From assembly GCA_030599585.1 (NCBI GenBank), contig JAUVNS010000011.1, positions 96,001 to 160,000 on the forward strand: DNA of 64,000 nt, given 5' to 3'. The first letter of the stretch is position 1; the number at the start of each line of letters is the position of its first letter. This document shows positions 10,395 through 19,960 of this stretch, piece by piece. The position numbers were made by a program, and so were the translations under genes. This DNA is from Promethearchaeota archaeon. Its GTDB lineage: Archaea > Asgardarchaeota > Lokiarchaeia > Sigyniarchaeales > SOKP01. A model generated the notes under the pieces. It saw nothing but the letters and a program-made list of their open reading frames with translations. It searched no databases and was not told where the DNA came from.

Positions 10395-10475
10395 TTATTA
10401 TCACATCTCTTATTTTTTTTTTTTTAATTTTATTTGATTTTTTTTTTTTAATAAATTGATCATTATGATTTATTC

Positions 10476-12212
10476 TTATATGTTATTTACAACCCACTCC
10501 ATCTCGAAGTATAGGTTTTCAAATTCTTGTTCATTTTTCACTTTGCTTTTCCCTTCTTTAATAGAGATCATTGTATCCATAAACTTAGCGATCCTTCTGA
10601 TTTTAATTTTGGTTGTCTTTGGTTCTTTAGATATTACCAAATCTATTACATTTTTGGTTGTAATTTTTTGACCCCGTAAAAGAGCATTTAATTTTCTCTC
10701 TAATCTCCTATAAAGTAAAGTTAATGCTTTACCATACCTACTTTTCTCTCGATACCATCCAATTTTTTCTGCAAAAAATGAAGAAGTTCTAAATTTTTCT
10801 CTTTCTTCTTTTTTATCTTGTTCATCAGCTTTCTTTTTTTCCGATTTTTCGTCTTTTTTAGGTAGATATTTTTTCAGGGAATAAATTGCTAAAAGAGGAT
10901 AAATCCAGGCTGTAATCGGATTAGTACTTAAATGAATAATATACTGCGTAATAAACCCAAAGATACCTGCCGAGGTCATATCCCGAGTTAATTCAGGTCG
11001 AATGTGTGCTTCATCGAAAACAATTATCCAATCATCTTTAGGTTCACCATATGTTAACCAATTTACAATATTTAGTCCGAATTGAAGATTGTCATAACCA
11101 GATTCTGATATGAGTTCGTTATTAAACAAACTCGCATCAGCTGATACGAAAACCCTTGAAGTAATAGCATCCTTAGCCATAAAAACTCCTTGAGAATAAC
11201 CACCTAAAGGCCATTTATCTGGAAAACCAGGGAGTGCTCCACTTATTAAGCTTAAATCAACAAAATCGTCATCAAAATTGTACATATGATCATCATTTTT
11301 ATCAACATATCCATATTCAGTACTTGATCCAACTAAATCCCAACCGAAATACGATAGGAAAGGACCACCTACTACTGCGGATGCTTCAGATAAAATAACA
11401 TCACTAATCCCCACAGTAGTGGGATGAGCGGAAAACGATTGAATCACAGGAAAATCTGGAGCAACATGATATGAACCATTATCGCGTAAGATTCCATTAG
11501 CAAAAATAGTAACTGGTATTGCTCCTTGAAGGTGAGGGTCTAAAGCACTTGCGATAAAAATTTCCCATAATAATGTACTGGTGCTTCCATGGTCATGGCA
11601 TATAAATAATGAATTTCTTGTAGTATTATCGAAAAAATCCATGAAATATGGTATTTCAAATATTGGATTGTAAAACAAATTAGGACCTAACAAGACTAGT
11701 AAGATAGATTTATCTAATCGCTCAGTAGCACTCAAGCTAGATTGAATCGTCATAACATTATATCCTTCGCCTTCGATTGCGTTTTTAAAATCAGATGCAC
11801 CATTCCAAGCCTCATTATAGATAGAAAAATTCTGATCGTTTTTTCCTTGATCTAAAATTGGACCAAACAATGGTATAAATGTGAAAAGAAAAATCACTAA
11901 AAAGAGCGCCTCTCTATAAGCAGAACCTGTTTTTGATTTTTTACGAGATTGTATTTCTCTTGATTTTTGAACAGTAGTGTTTCGAATGAAAATTAACAAA
12001 GCAAACCCTAAAAACACAGCCCCAATATAACAAACAAGAGGAATATAGTTCATAAAAACTGGAAGAAATTCCCCCATATTATACTTGGGGTAGTCCTCAA
12101 TGAAACTGCTTATAAAAACCCCATAGATTATGAGAAAAACCGTGAAAAATCCTATGATTAAACCCTTTGAAAATGGGACATTTTTTCCGTTTGATTTTCC
12201 AACACTTGACAT
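10476..12212 (-). CDS. DUF4350/GldG-like membrane protein with C-terminal helical domain
   Basis: FSIYNEAWNGASDF and ADASLFNNE..N..F..N..NWL...IVFDEAH motifs; TM segments on both sides; MoxR operon context. Confidence 0.7.
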   Translation of the reverse strand: MSSVGKSNGKNVPFSKGLIIGFFTVFLIIYGVFISSFIEDYPKYNMGEFLPVFMNYIPLVCYIGAVFLGFALLIFIRNTTVQKSREIQSRKKSKTGSAYREALFLVIFLFTFIPLFGPILDQGKNDQNFSIYNEAWNGASDFKNAIEGEGYNVMTIQSSLSATERLDKSILLVLLGPNLFYNPIFEIPYFMDFFDNTTRNSLFICHDHGSTSTLLWEIFIASALDPHLQGAIPVTIFANGILRDNGSYHVAPDFPVIQSFSAHPTTVGISDVILSEASAVVGGPFLSYFGWDLVGSSTEYGYVDKNDDHMYNFDDDFVDLSLISGALPGFPDKWPLGGYSQGVFMAKDAITSRVFVSADASLFNNELISESGYDNLQFGLNIVNWLTYGEPKDDWIIVFDEAHIRPELTRDMTSAGIFGFITQYIIHLSTNPITAWIYPLLAIYSLKKYLPKKDEKSEKKKADEQDKKEEREKFRTSSFFAEKIGWYREKSRYGKALTLLYRRLERKLNALLRGQKITTKNVIDLVISKEPKTTKIKIRRIAKFMDTMISIKEGKSKVKNEQEFENLYFEMEWVVNNI

Positions 12213-12260
12213 TTTTTTTATACTGAATCTCGATTTTTAGTGTTATTTGACTAGTATTAT

Positions 12261-12644
12261 CTAACTAAAAACTACGGTGGGTAATGTTTTTCCTGTTATA
12301 TCATTGTATAAATTTGAGAATAACTGAACTGCAAAGTTTAATTCCTTTCCTGTTGGTTCAATCCCTCCATAGATGATATCCTCGATTTTCTTGATGAAAG
12401 GATAAATAGTCTCTGGTTTTTGATCTAACTCATTAACACATGTTATAGCGTATTCCCGTATAGTTTGGTAAGCGAGTCTTGGTTTCTTGAACTTTTTCGT
12501 TATTAGATCGTTGTAAATAAGATAAATATACGCTATTGCCTCTTTAGCCCTATTCGAGCTAACCAGTACTTTTACATTTTCTAATTTTTGGCTAATATCG
12601 ATTTCAGGTTCTTGTCCTTTTTTTGATTTTTTCTTTTTTGCCAT
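12261..12644 (-). CDS. Small soluble DUF4129-like protein
   Basis: QTIREYA...IYPFIKKIEDIIYG, homologous to the C-terminus of the 529-aa neighbour. Confidence 0.7.
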   Translation of the reverse strand: MAKKKKSKKGQEPEIDISQKLENVKVLVSSNRAKEAIAYIYLIYNDLITKKFKKPRLAYQTIREYAITCVNELDQKPETIYPFIKKIEDIIYGGIEPTGKELNFAVQLFSNLYNDITGKTLPTVVFS

Positions 12645-12752
12645 TTTCTTTACCTATTTCCTTTTTTTACATCGTTTTATTAATAATTTCTTTGACCTTA
12701 TTATTTTTTCTACAATTGCTCAATATACTTCATTCTTATTTTTATACATATC

Positions 12753-14342
12753 TTAAAATTTTAATACAAAATTATAACCGGTTAATTCAAAATAAATGGG
12801 AGAAAATAGTTCAATTGTACTGTAAAACTCTTTTTCTGTAATTTGAAACGGCTTTGCATAAATAATCTCTTCTACTTTTTGTATAAATGGATAAATTCTA
12901 GCTGGTGTTAAGCTTAATTCTTTGACAGATATGATTGCAAAATCTCTGATTGTCTCGTTATTGTTTCGAGTTCTTCCAAACTTTGCATTGATCAAATCCA
13001 TATAGATTGCGTTGAAAAGGTAAGACAGCGATTCTTCTAACCTTCCTGTTTCTTTTAAAATTTTAAGATTCGTTATTCTGTCTTCAAGAGGTAAATTAAC
13101 TACTTTCGATTGTTTATCTTGTTTTTTATAATAACGATAACCATAAAACGCTAGCCCTCCAATAACAACACCTAAAATTGGAAGAAAAATTGAAAAGAAT
13201 AATAGGAAAGGAGGAATTTGTACACCTGAACCAGGTGTAGTAGATTGTTGTTGAACTGTCACGAAATATCGAGTGACAATATTCTTTCCTAGAGAATTTG
13301 GTAGTCGGATAGATATAAATGTTTGACCCATCCACTGAGGAAGTGTGTGTACAATGGAAAAATCTCCGTTTGAATCTGTTTGAACATTTTGTAAGAAAGT
13401 TCCGTTATAAAAAATATTGATAAATCTATCATTAATCATTAAAGAGGGATCTGTTTTAGAGATCACCCGCCCCGAAATCCGTAAACTACTGTTAGCTCTA
13501 ATTGTTGAGGGAAGATCCCAAATGCACGAAATATTCGAGAACAACTTTGTTTCTGTAAATAATACTTCAGAATATCCAATCTCGGGAGGTGATTGAAATG
13601 TAAGTTTTAAATCTAAATCTGCTATTCCAATATTTGGGGTAGGAATAGGCAGAATTAAACCTATAGAATCAGTTGAAACGATGTTAGTACCAACTATAAA
13701 CGCCCCGTCATACCAAAAATAATTGATTGATGAAAACGGGATTCCGGTGCCATCTAAATATCTTAAGTAATCGTCAGCATCAAAATCAAAGAATTCACCA
13801 ATTAATTTAGCATTAGATGGAGCGTTTACATCAAAATAAGAAGTAGTATTTACAAAAATTGTGTAATATGTTCGATATTCTACATTATCAGGTGGAGACA
13901 AAACAAGAGCCTCGATTTTATGAGAAGAATATATATCGAGAGATGGATCAATGGTGTAATCAATTTGGAAATCTCCATTAAGATTGGTAACACCAGTGAC
14001 ACTCGAGTATACGATATCGTCAATTTCAATTACTATGGTATACCCTACTTTACCTGTGTCGAAAATTCTGTTAAAAAGTCTTCCCTGAACATTTATTATG
14101 CTATTATGAGTAAAACGAGAATTGTTAATTCCAATTGGATTTGTTAAATCTAAAGTTGCCCAGATGCCTGAACTTTTAATTCTATCGTCTTGTACGCTAT
14201 TTGAATAATAGGTTAACATGTTTAAATTTACTAGAGCCGGGGAAATGATGAAAATTGAAATTACAACGAGGATTCCTTTAATTTTATTATTATTTTTATA
14301 GGAGTTATATTTTTTTTTCAATATCCTCACTCGAATCTTCAT
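12753..14342 (-). CDS. Surface protein with Ig-like domains, C-terminal TM helix and DUF4129-like cytoplasmic domain
   Basis: N-terminal hydrophobic anchor, beta-rich T(N/D)xNGDF repeats, TM helix, ETIRDFA...IYPFIQKVEEIIYA. Confidence 0.75.
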   Translation of the reverse strand: MKIRVRILKKKYNSYKNNNKIKGILVVISIFIISPALVNLNMLTYYSNSVQDDRIKSSGIWATLDLTNPIGINNSRFTHNSIINVQGRLFNRIFDTGKVGYTIVIEIDDIVYSSVTGVTNLNGDFQIDYTIDPSLDIYSSHKIEALVLSPPDNVEYRTYYTIFVNTTSYFDVNAPSNAKLIGEFFDFDADDYLRYLDGTGIPFSSINYFWYDGAFIVGTNIVSTDSIGLILPIPTPNIGIADLDLKLTFQSPPEIGYSEVLFTETKLFSNISCIWDLPSTIRANSSLRISGRVISKTDPSLMINDRFINIFYNGTFLQNVQTDSNGDFSIVHTLPQWMGQTFISIRLPNSLGKNIVTRYFVTVQQQSTTPGSGVQIPPFLLFFSIFLPILGVVIGGLAFYGYRYYKKQDKQSKVVNLPLEDRITNLKILKETGRLEESLSYLFNAIYMDLINAKFGRTRNNNETIRDFAIISVKELSLTPARIYPFIQKVEEIIYAKPFQITEKEFYSTIELFSPIYFELTGYNFVLKF

Positions 14343-14349
14343 TTATTAA

Positions 14350-17300
14350 TTATGGAGCTCTAAATAATTCTATTTCATAAAATTCAATGTAATAATAATC
14401 GGGAGAACTAAAGTTATCTTCGGGATAGAAAGTCACCCATATCTCAGCATTAGCGGGCCAACTTCCGATCACTATTGTAACATTAAAGAATCCAGAGCCA
14501 TCGGTGACCCCTATTGCTGTCCCTAAGACATTTCCAATGCTATCTCGCACGGTAACATTTATTTCCATAGAAGACATTGCAGTTCCGTTGTCCCAAGTCA
14601 AGAATCCATAGACATATAAGTCATCCCCTTCATAAAAATCGTCTTTAACAATATTCGTATCGTATTCTCCACTTATAACCGTGCCAGCCGTAACATTAAT
14701 CGGAAGATTCATACTCATTGATGTATCCATATAACTCGTTAAAGAGATTCCTATTTCATTTATATTTCCAGTAAAAAAAATCAAAATGGAATATAATCCT
14801 TGAGGACAATTTAAGAATATGGAATTACTGTCGTATAAGTATGACCCACCGGAAACTATACGGAATTGAGGACCGTTCAGATTTAAATAACTTGAAACAT
14901 CTTGAAACGATTCGTTAATCAGAAATAAACCTATAACTAAACCATCTAAATTTGTGCCATTTTGCTGAAGAATTCCATTCACATTAAACTGATGGAAATT
15001 CCTTTGAATCACATTTCGATTTAAATTTATCGAAATAGATATTGTTTCATTAATTACTATGTATGTTGTGTTGAATGCGCTATAAATATCATAATTCACT
15101 CTAAACCTAACCAAACCTGCATGTAAGGTGTTTGTTGGGATATTAAATTGTTTAAATCCTGACTCATTAGTAAAAACCCATGAAGTAATAAGCGTATTAG
15201 TAAAATCATCGTAAAGATATACGGTTTTTCCTATCTTTGTTAGCGCATGAACGATCTGAACTTGAATATGAGCAGTTTCTCCAAATTTAAATGTTTCAGG
15301 AGGATTTGCATCATCATAAAATGAACGAGTTGGATTTCCTTCTACTGAAAGAATTATGTTCAGTTGGTCAGGATCGATGACTTTAAGTTCATAAGTTGCA
15401 ATAACAACTTCAGTGAAATTACTATAACCACCTAAGTAAAAATCATGCTCATTAAACTGATTATTAGGCCATGAATACAAAAACACACCAGAGAATTCAA
15501 CTTGGATTGTATAATTTTTATCTGGAGTAGAACTCAAAACCATATAATCTAAATTAAATTCACCAGTCTCATCCAGACTTACGGTACCACTTTGTAGCAC
15601 TAAGTAAAATGAAACATCGATTAGACCATCATACATATATACATTTATTTGTGCATATTTTATTGTAGCCCCGTTGTTAGAATCGTTAACGAAGCCGTGA
15701 ATGTTAAAAATTCTAACCCCTGGATCGCTTCTTACTATTTCTCGTGGTTCAGGGCCATCTGTAAGGTCAATTGTGATGTTTTTATTGTAAATATAATAGG
15801 AATAATTGTAATTGGAACCCCATTGTGCATAAATGAGATGGGGGCCTGCAACAGTAGCAGTTGAAGTAGAATAAACCAGATGAGTATAACCATTCATAGT
15901 TTGAGCAGATCCTAAAGCTACCTCTTGCGTAACATCGTAAAAATCTATCCATTCTCCATCTCCAATCGGGTTCGAACCCCATTCAAGGTATACAGATAAA
16001 TTAAGATCTTCATTTTTTGAAAGAACAGGTTGATTATAATCGTCAAAAACTGTGCCATTTATCCGAAAATTAAATAATAACGTAGCAGGGGTTGAAATTT
16101 TCAACTCGCTTGTAAAAATTGAAGAAGTATTAATATATGGAAGTATAAAAAATGCGGGGTATTCGGGATGTCCTAGCCTATTAATTGTACCGTTGAAATC
16201 CAACCTTAAAGTGTAATTTCCTGTAGGTGTATTAGGATCTACTTCAAAATTCAAATTAAAATACCCATTAAAGTCTGTTAGAAAAGGTCCGCTTGGAAGT
16301 AAATAGGCTGAATAATCCATAATACCCTTCAGAAGTTTAAGACTCAATCTTGAGCGCCTAATCGGGTTATTATTGATGCTATCAATAATTCGTCCTTCAA
16401 TATTAAACAGAGTATTACTTGCTCCGATAGCGGTCCTATTTATTTCTCTTGGCGAAGGTCCTGATATGATGTTGATAGTAGGTTCCTCATTTAAAATAAA
16501 ATAAGTAAAGTTTTCGTTAATTCCAAGCTTACCATATAATAAGTTTGGTCCTATTGTAACGAAATTACCTATAAAGTAATTAAGAGTTGCTATTCCATTA
16601 GAATTTGTTATATTGGAGCCGATCTGAACTCCCCTTGTGTAATCGTAGAAATCTACATTTTGATTTGATATGGGAGCGTTAGTTTCATTTACCACTATAG
16701 CCTTTAGTGTAATATTGGAATTTCTCTTAACTATTGGAGCATCTGGCATATCTGATGGAATGTCATTGATATAGAACCATAATTTTTTGACTATCCCCTT
16801 TGTTACATTGAAATCCATTTTATTACTTGAATCATTAACAAAACCTAGCGCATAAGGATTAAAGTACCAACTTCCATTCGTATCTACTCGTAATTCATAT
16901 TTACCTACTGGAACTGAAGCATCAATATTTACATCTACATTAAAATCACCATTTAAATCGGTGTTATCATATGGAACATCAAACGGTGGAGTTCCAACTC
17001 TCGTGTTTGTACCCTTTTGAAGGATTATAAATTCTACTGTTACCCCACTAACCCTTTGACTATTCACAGGATCGATTACAAAACCTTGAATGTTTGTAGA
17101 GATATCAATTGATATATTTACTTCTTGAGGATTTATGTTCTGGAGATTTACCTGAATATCTCCATATACGGTGTACGTAGTTGTGTCGTTGACATCGGGA
17201 TTAAATTGAGCAAAAATTAAATGTGGGCCGACGACTTGTAAATCATCAATATTTACTATGATTGAAGCGTTGCCATCTAAATTTGTATCGAATTGACCTA

Positions 17301-18780
17301 GAGTCTGTAAAGAGGTTAAATCATAAAAAGAAATCGTCGCACCCTCTACAGGAGCGCCATCAAGTGTTAATGAAGCTGTGAGATTTGTAGTAGTTCCTCT
17401 ATATCCTGCGGTAAAGTTTGAATTTAATATGAGAGAATAATTGGCTAGGCTAGGAGGGACACTTCCATAATTATCATAATAGACATCCATTTGAATCCAA
17501 ATACCATCACCACTTACATCTGTTGGGATATATATTTCCGCCCAGTTATACATATTTTTATATTTTATTGCAATTGCATTTCTGCCTTCAAAATTGTCAA
17601 ATTGCTCTTCGGCCAAAAAACTATTGAATCCGTCAACAAAACGGCTTGCTATACCAAAAGCTCTTGCAAAAGCACAAAAAGCTGAAGTAAAATCAGACCA
17701 ATAGCCAATTCCTTCTTCGAGAAACCATTCCACTTGATCATATCCGTCTGGAGCAGGGTTGTATTGACTTGGGTCAGAAATTCGTATAAAATTATATTGC
17801 AGATAATTTCTAATTTTATCAGCAACGATAAAAGTATTATCAGAACTTAATATTGTCGCATTCATTTGATTGTAATGATAAGCAAAATCATCGTTATTGC
17901 TTATATAGACATTGATTGTATCCCCTTTCAATTGTAAATATTTGCTTTTTATAGGAACAGGAGTATATAAAGGTTCTATAGCCACTGCATCTATTTCTGA
18001 ATTAGTTGGTAGATTCAATCCAAACATTTCGTATGTCATATTAACATCCTCATCCATACTAAAGTCAATATCGAGAGTTGTACAATTAAACTCGTCTTTA
18101 AATAAATTGGGTATTCCTAGCATATTATTAGCTTGAATACTATTTTCCATAATAAAGGGAGTATGAAATAGAGCGGGTATAACCATAGAATTTATACCAC
18201 TACTGGGAGTAAGTGGTATTTTTAAAGAAAGGAGATCCTTATCCCAATGTTGGGTAAAGTAATCTCCATAAGTGTAATAAGAATAAGGTGTCGTAGCAGC
18301 AGAGGAGTGCCATCCATCTCCCGTATATTCATCAAAACTTTCATATTTCCAGAATTTCGTTAAAATCTCGTTGTAATCGTCGTAATCATAAATTCTAAAA
18401 ACTTCAACTTCAGAGAACATAAGAGCTGCCAGGGCTTGTCCGTAATCGCCTAAATCCAAATCATCAATATCACCATCGAACATATCACCTAAAGCATCTA
18501 AAAGATCAGTTAATTCGTCTGTTGTTAAATTGAGATCAGAAAATATATCTTGAAAATCTGATATATTATAAGGGAAAGGGATTTGCGTAGGTATACCATC
18601 CTCTGGGATTGCATCAGCTAATTCGTCACTTGGAAAAGGTCTTTGACTATCCCAAAGCATACTAAAGAAGACTGTTGAAAAAGCAAACGCAAATACCAAT
18701 AGTACTGCTGTAAGAATGATTTTAAATACTCTTTTTTTATTTAGTGCAGTAACTAATAAATCTTCACGAAATTCAGACAT
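14350..18780 (-). CDS. Large secreted transglutaminase-like protein (catalytic residues apparently substituted) with tandem Ig-like repeats
   Basis: GYWSDFTSAF..FARAFGIASRFVDGF...NWAEIY...WIQMD matches the transglutaminase core spacing; about 4 repeats of FYD.T....G...T...G.......GPH. Confidence 0.8.
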   Translation of the reverse strand: MSEFREDLLVTALNKKRVFKIILTAVLLVFAFAFSTVFFSMLWDSQRPFPSDELADAIPEDGIPTQIPFPYNISDFQDIFSDLNLTTDELTDLLDALGDMFDGDIDDLDLGDYGQALAALMFSEVEVFRIYDYDDYNEILTKFWKYESFDEYTGDGWHSSAATTPYSYYTYGDYFTQHWDKDLLSLKIPLTPSSGINSMVIPALFHTPFIMENSIQANNMLGIPNLFKDEFNCTTLDIDFSMDEDVNMTYEMFGLNLPTNSEIDAVAIEPLYTPVPIKSKYLQLKGDTINVYISNNDDFAYHYNQMNATILSSDNTFIVADKIRNYLQYNFIRISDPSQYNPAPDGYDQVEWFLEEGIGYWSDFTSAFCAFARAFGIASRFVDGFNSFLAEEQFDNFEGRNAIAIKYKNMYNWAEIYIPTDVSGDGIWIQMDVYYDNYGSVPPSLANYSLILNSNFTAGYRGTTTNLTASLTLDGAPVEGATISFYDLTSLQTLGQFDTNLDGNASIIVNIDDLQVVGPHLIFAQFNPDVNDTTTYTVYGDIQVNLQNINPQEVNISIDISTNIQGFVIDPVNSQRVSGVTVEFIILQKGTNTRVGTPPFDVPYDNTDLNGDFNVDVNIDASVPVGKYELRVDTNGSWYFNPYALGFVNDSSNKMDFNVTKGIVKKLWFYINDIPSDMPDAPIVKRNSNITLKAIVVNETNAPISNQNVDFYDYTRGVQIGSNITNSNGIATLNYFIGNFVTIGPNLLYGKLGINENFTYFILNEEPTINIISGPSPREINRTAIGASNTLFNIEGRIIDSINNNPIRRSRLSLKLLKGIMDYSAYLLPSGPFLTDFNGYFNLNFEVDPNTPTGNYTLRLDFNGTINRLGHPEYPAFFILPYINTSSIFTSELKISTPATLLFNFRINGTVFDDYNQPVLSKNEDLNLSVYLEWGSNPIGDGEWIDFYDVTQEVALGSAQTMNGYTHLVYSTSTATVAGPHLIYAQWGSNYNYSYYIYNKNITIDLTDGPEPREIVRSDPGVRIFNIHGFVNDSNNGATIKYAQINVYMYDGLIDVSFYLVLQSGTVSLDETGEFNLDYMVLSSTPDKNYTIQVEFSGVFLYSWPNNQFNEHDFYLGGYSNFTEVVIATYELKVIDPDQLNIILSVEGNPTRSFYDDANPPETFKFGETAHIQVQIVHALTKIGKTVYLYDDFTNTLITSWVFTNESGFKQFNIPTNTLHAGLVRFRVNYDIYSAFNTTYIVINETISISINLNRNVIQRNFHQFNVNGILQQNGTNLDGLVIGLFLINESFQDVSSYLNLNGPQFRIVSGGSYLYDSNSIFLNCPQGLYSILIFFTGNINEIGISLTSYMDTSMSMNLPINVTAGTVISGEYDTNIVKDDFYEGDDLYVYGFLTWDNGTAMSSMEINVTVRDSIGNVLGTAIGVTDGSGFFNVTIVIGSWPANAEIWVTFYPEDNFSSPDYYYIEFYEIELFRAP

Positions 18781-18964
18781 TTCTATTCTATTTTACCCTT
18801 AACTTTTCCATTGTAAGTTTGCAATATTAATTAAAATTATAGTATAAATAATTTACTTAATATTTCTGATTCATATGAAATATTACTTAAAATGAATAGA
18901 GTAAGTAGTTAATGATGGAATTTTTCGATAAATTAGATCAAAAAAAGGTAGGTTAATTAAAAAA

Positions 18965-19846
18965 TTAAAATTCAAAACCACATTTCGTGCAGACGCTCTT
19001 TTTAGCATATTGTGGTTTAGGAATATAGCTTAATATTTTTGTTTTGTCCTCAACTTCCTTAATAGCAAACCCTGTAGCCCCACAATTGGGACAAATTCTA
19101 CGTCCTGAACCGAATCCCGCATCGATACTAGGGGTGGCTATAGATGGAGTAGAAGTCGATGGAATTGTTGGACTACTGCCAAATGTTGGACTTTGTGAAG
19201 TTATTCCTTGAGCTAAACTTGATGGCATAACTGCTTTTGGTTCTTTCAATTCTTGGATTCGCTTCTCTTTATAGGATATTTCTTCTTGTAATTTGCTAAT
19301 TTGAGCATGAAGTGGTCCAATTTGTTGTTGGAGGTTTAAATTTTCCTGTTGAACTTGTTGTAGTTGGTTTTGTAATTGAGGTAATTGTGCTAGTAGTTGA
19401 GCTTTCTCATTACTAATCTGAGTAATTTGATTCTGGAATCCTTCAACAGTTGTCTGAAAACTGTTGATTTGGCTATTCAGTTGAGTTATTTGGTTATCTT
19501 TAACTATAAGCTGTGAATTTATATTTGCACATTGAGCGTTTACGTCACTTATCTGATTTTGTAATTGTCCTATGACATTATCCTTTTCCTGAGCCTGAGA
19601 TATAACGGCATTGTATTCTGCTTGTGAGGGACCACTTGGTATAGTTGGTTCGGGCTGATATACTGGAGATTCATATAAATTAGTCGGCGGGAGTGGTGAA
19701 GGGGGCGGCATTGAAGGAGGCGGCATTGAAGGTGGTGGTATTGAAGGTGGTGGCATTGAAGGTGGTGGGGTTGGAGGGGGTCGTATAGGAGGTGGACCAC
19801 GAGGTTTGTATTCTTCTTCCTCGTCTTTTTCATATTCTTCCGACAT
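18965..19846 (-). CDS. Proline-rich / coiled-coil / C-terminal Zn-ribbon protein
   Basis: Poly-Pro N-terminus, Q-rich heptad region, CPNC...CTKC. Confidence 0.8.
   Translation of the reverse strand: MSEEYEKDEEEEYKPRGPPPIRPPPTPPPSMPPPSIPPPSMPPPSMPPPSPLPPTNLYESPVYQPEPTIPSGPSQAEYNAVISQAQEKDNVIGQLQNQISDVNAQCANINSQLIVKDNQITQLNSQINSFQTTVEGFQNQITQISNEKAQLLAQLPQLQNQLQQVQQENLNLQQQIGPLHAQISKLQEEISYKEKRIQELKEPKAVMPSSLAQGITSQSPTFGSSPTIPSTSTPSIATPSIDAGFGSGRRICPNCGATGFAIKEVEDKTKILSYIPKPQYAKKSVCTKCGFEF
19697..19771. repeat. 5 x 15-bp degenerate tandem repeat encoding (M/I/T)PPPS
   Basis: tgaagggggcggcat/tgaaggaggcggcat/tgaaggtggtggtat/tgaaggtggtggcat/tgaaggtggtggggt. Confidence 0.9.
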
Positions 19847-19960
19847 AATAATCTTCTCTTATGTTATGCTTAATAATATCAATAATTGTAACTTTAATAG
19901 TGAATTTTGTTTATAAACTATAGCACAAATGGATGATATCTTAACCTTCTTTTTTAAAAA

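Noticed and set aside
10413-10449. Two 12-13-nt T runs between moxR and the DUF4350 gene as a phase-variation or terminator signal
   Set aside because: Intergenic, read as A runs on the coding strand, and unremarkable in such an AT-rich genome
19570-19833. His/Gln/Cys-repeat ORF (HHLQC) as a metal-binding peptide
   Set aside because: Alternate-frame reading of the 15-bp proline repeat
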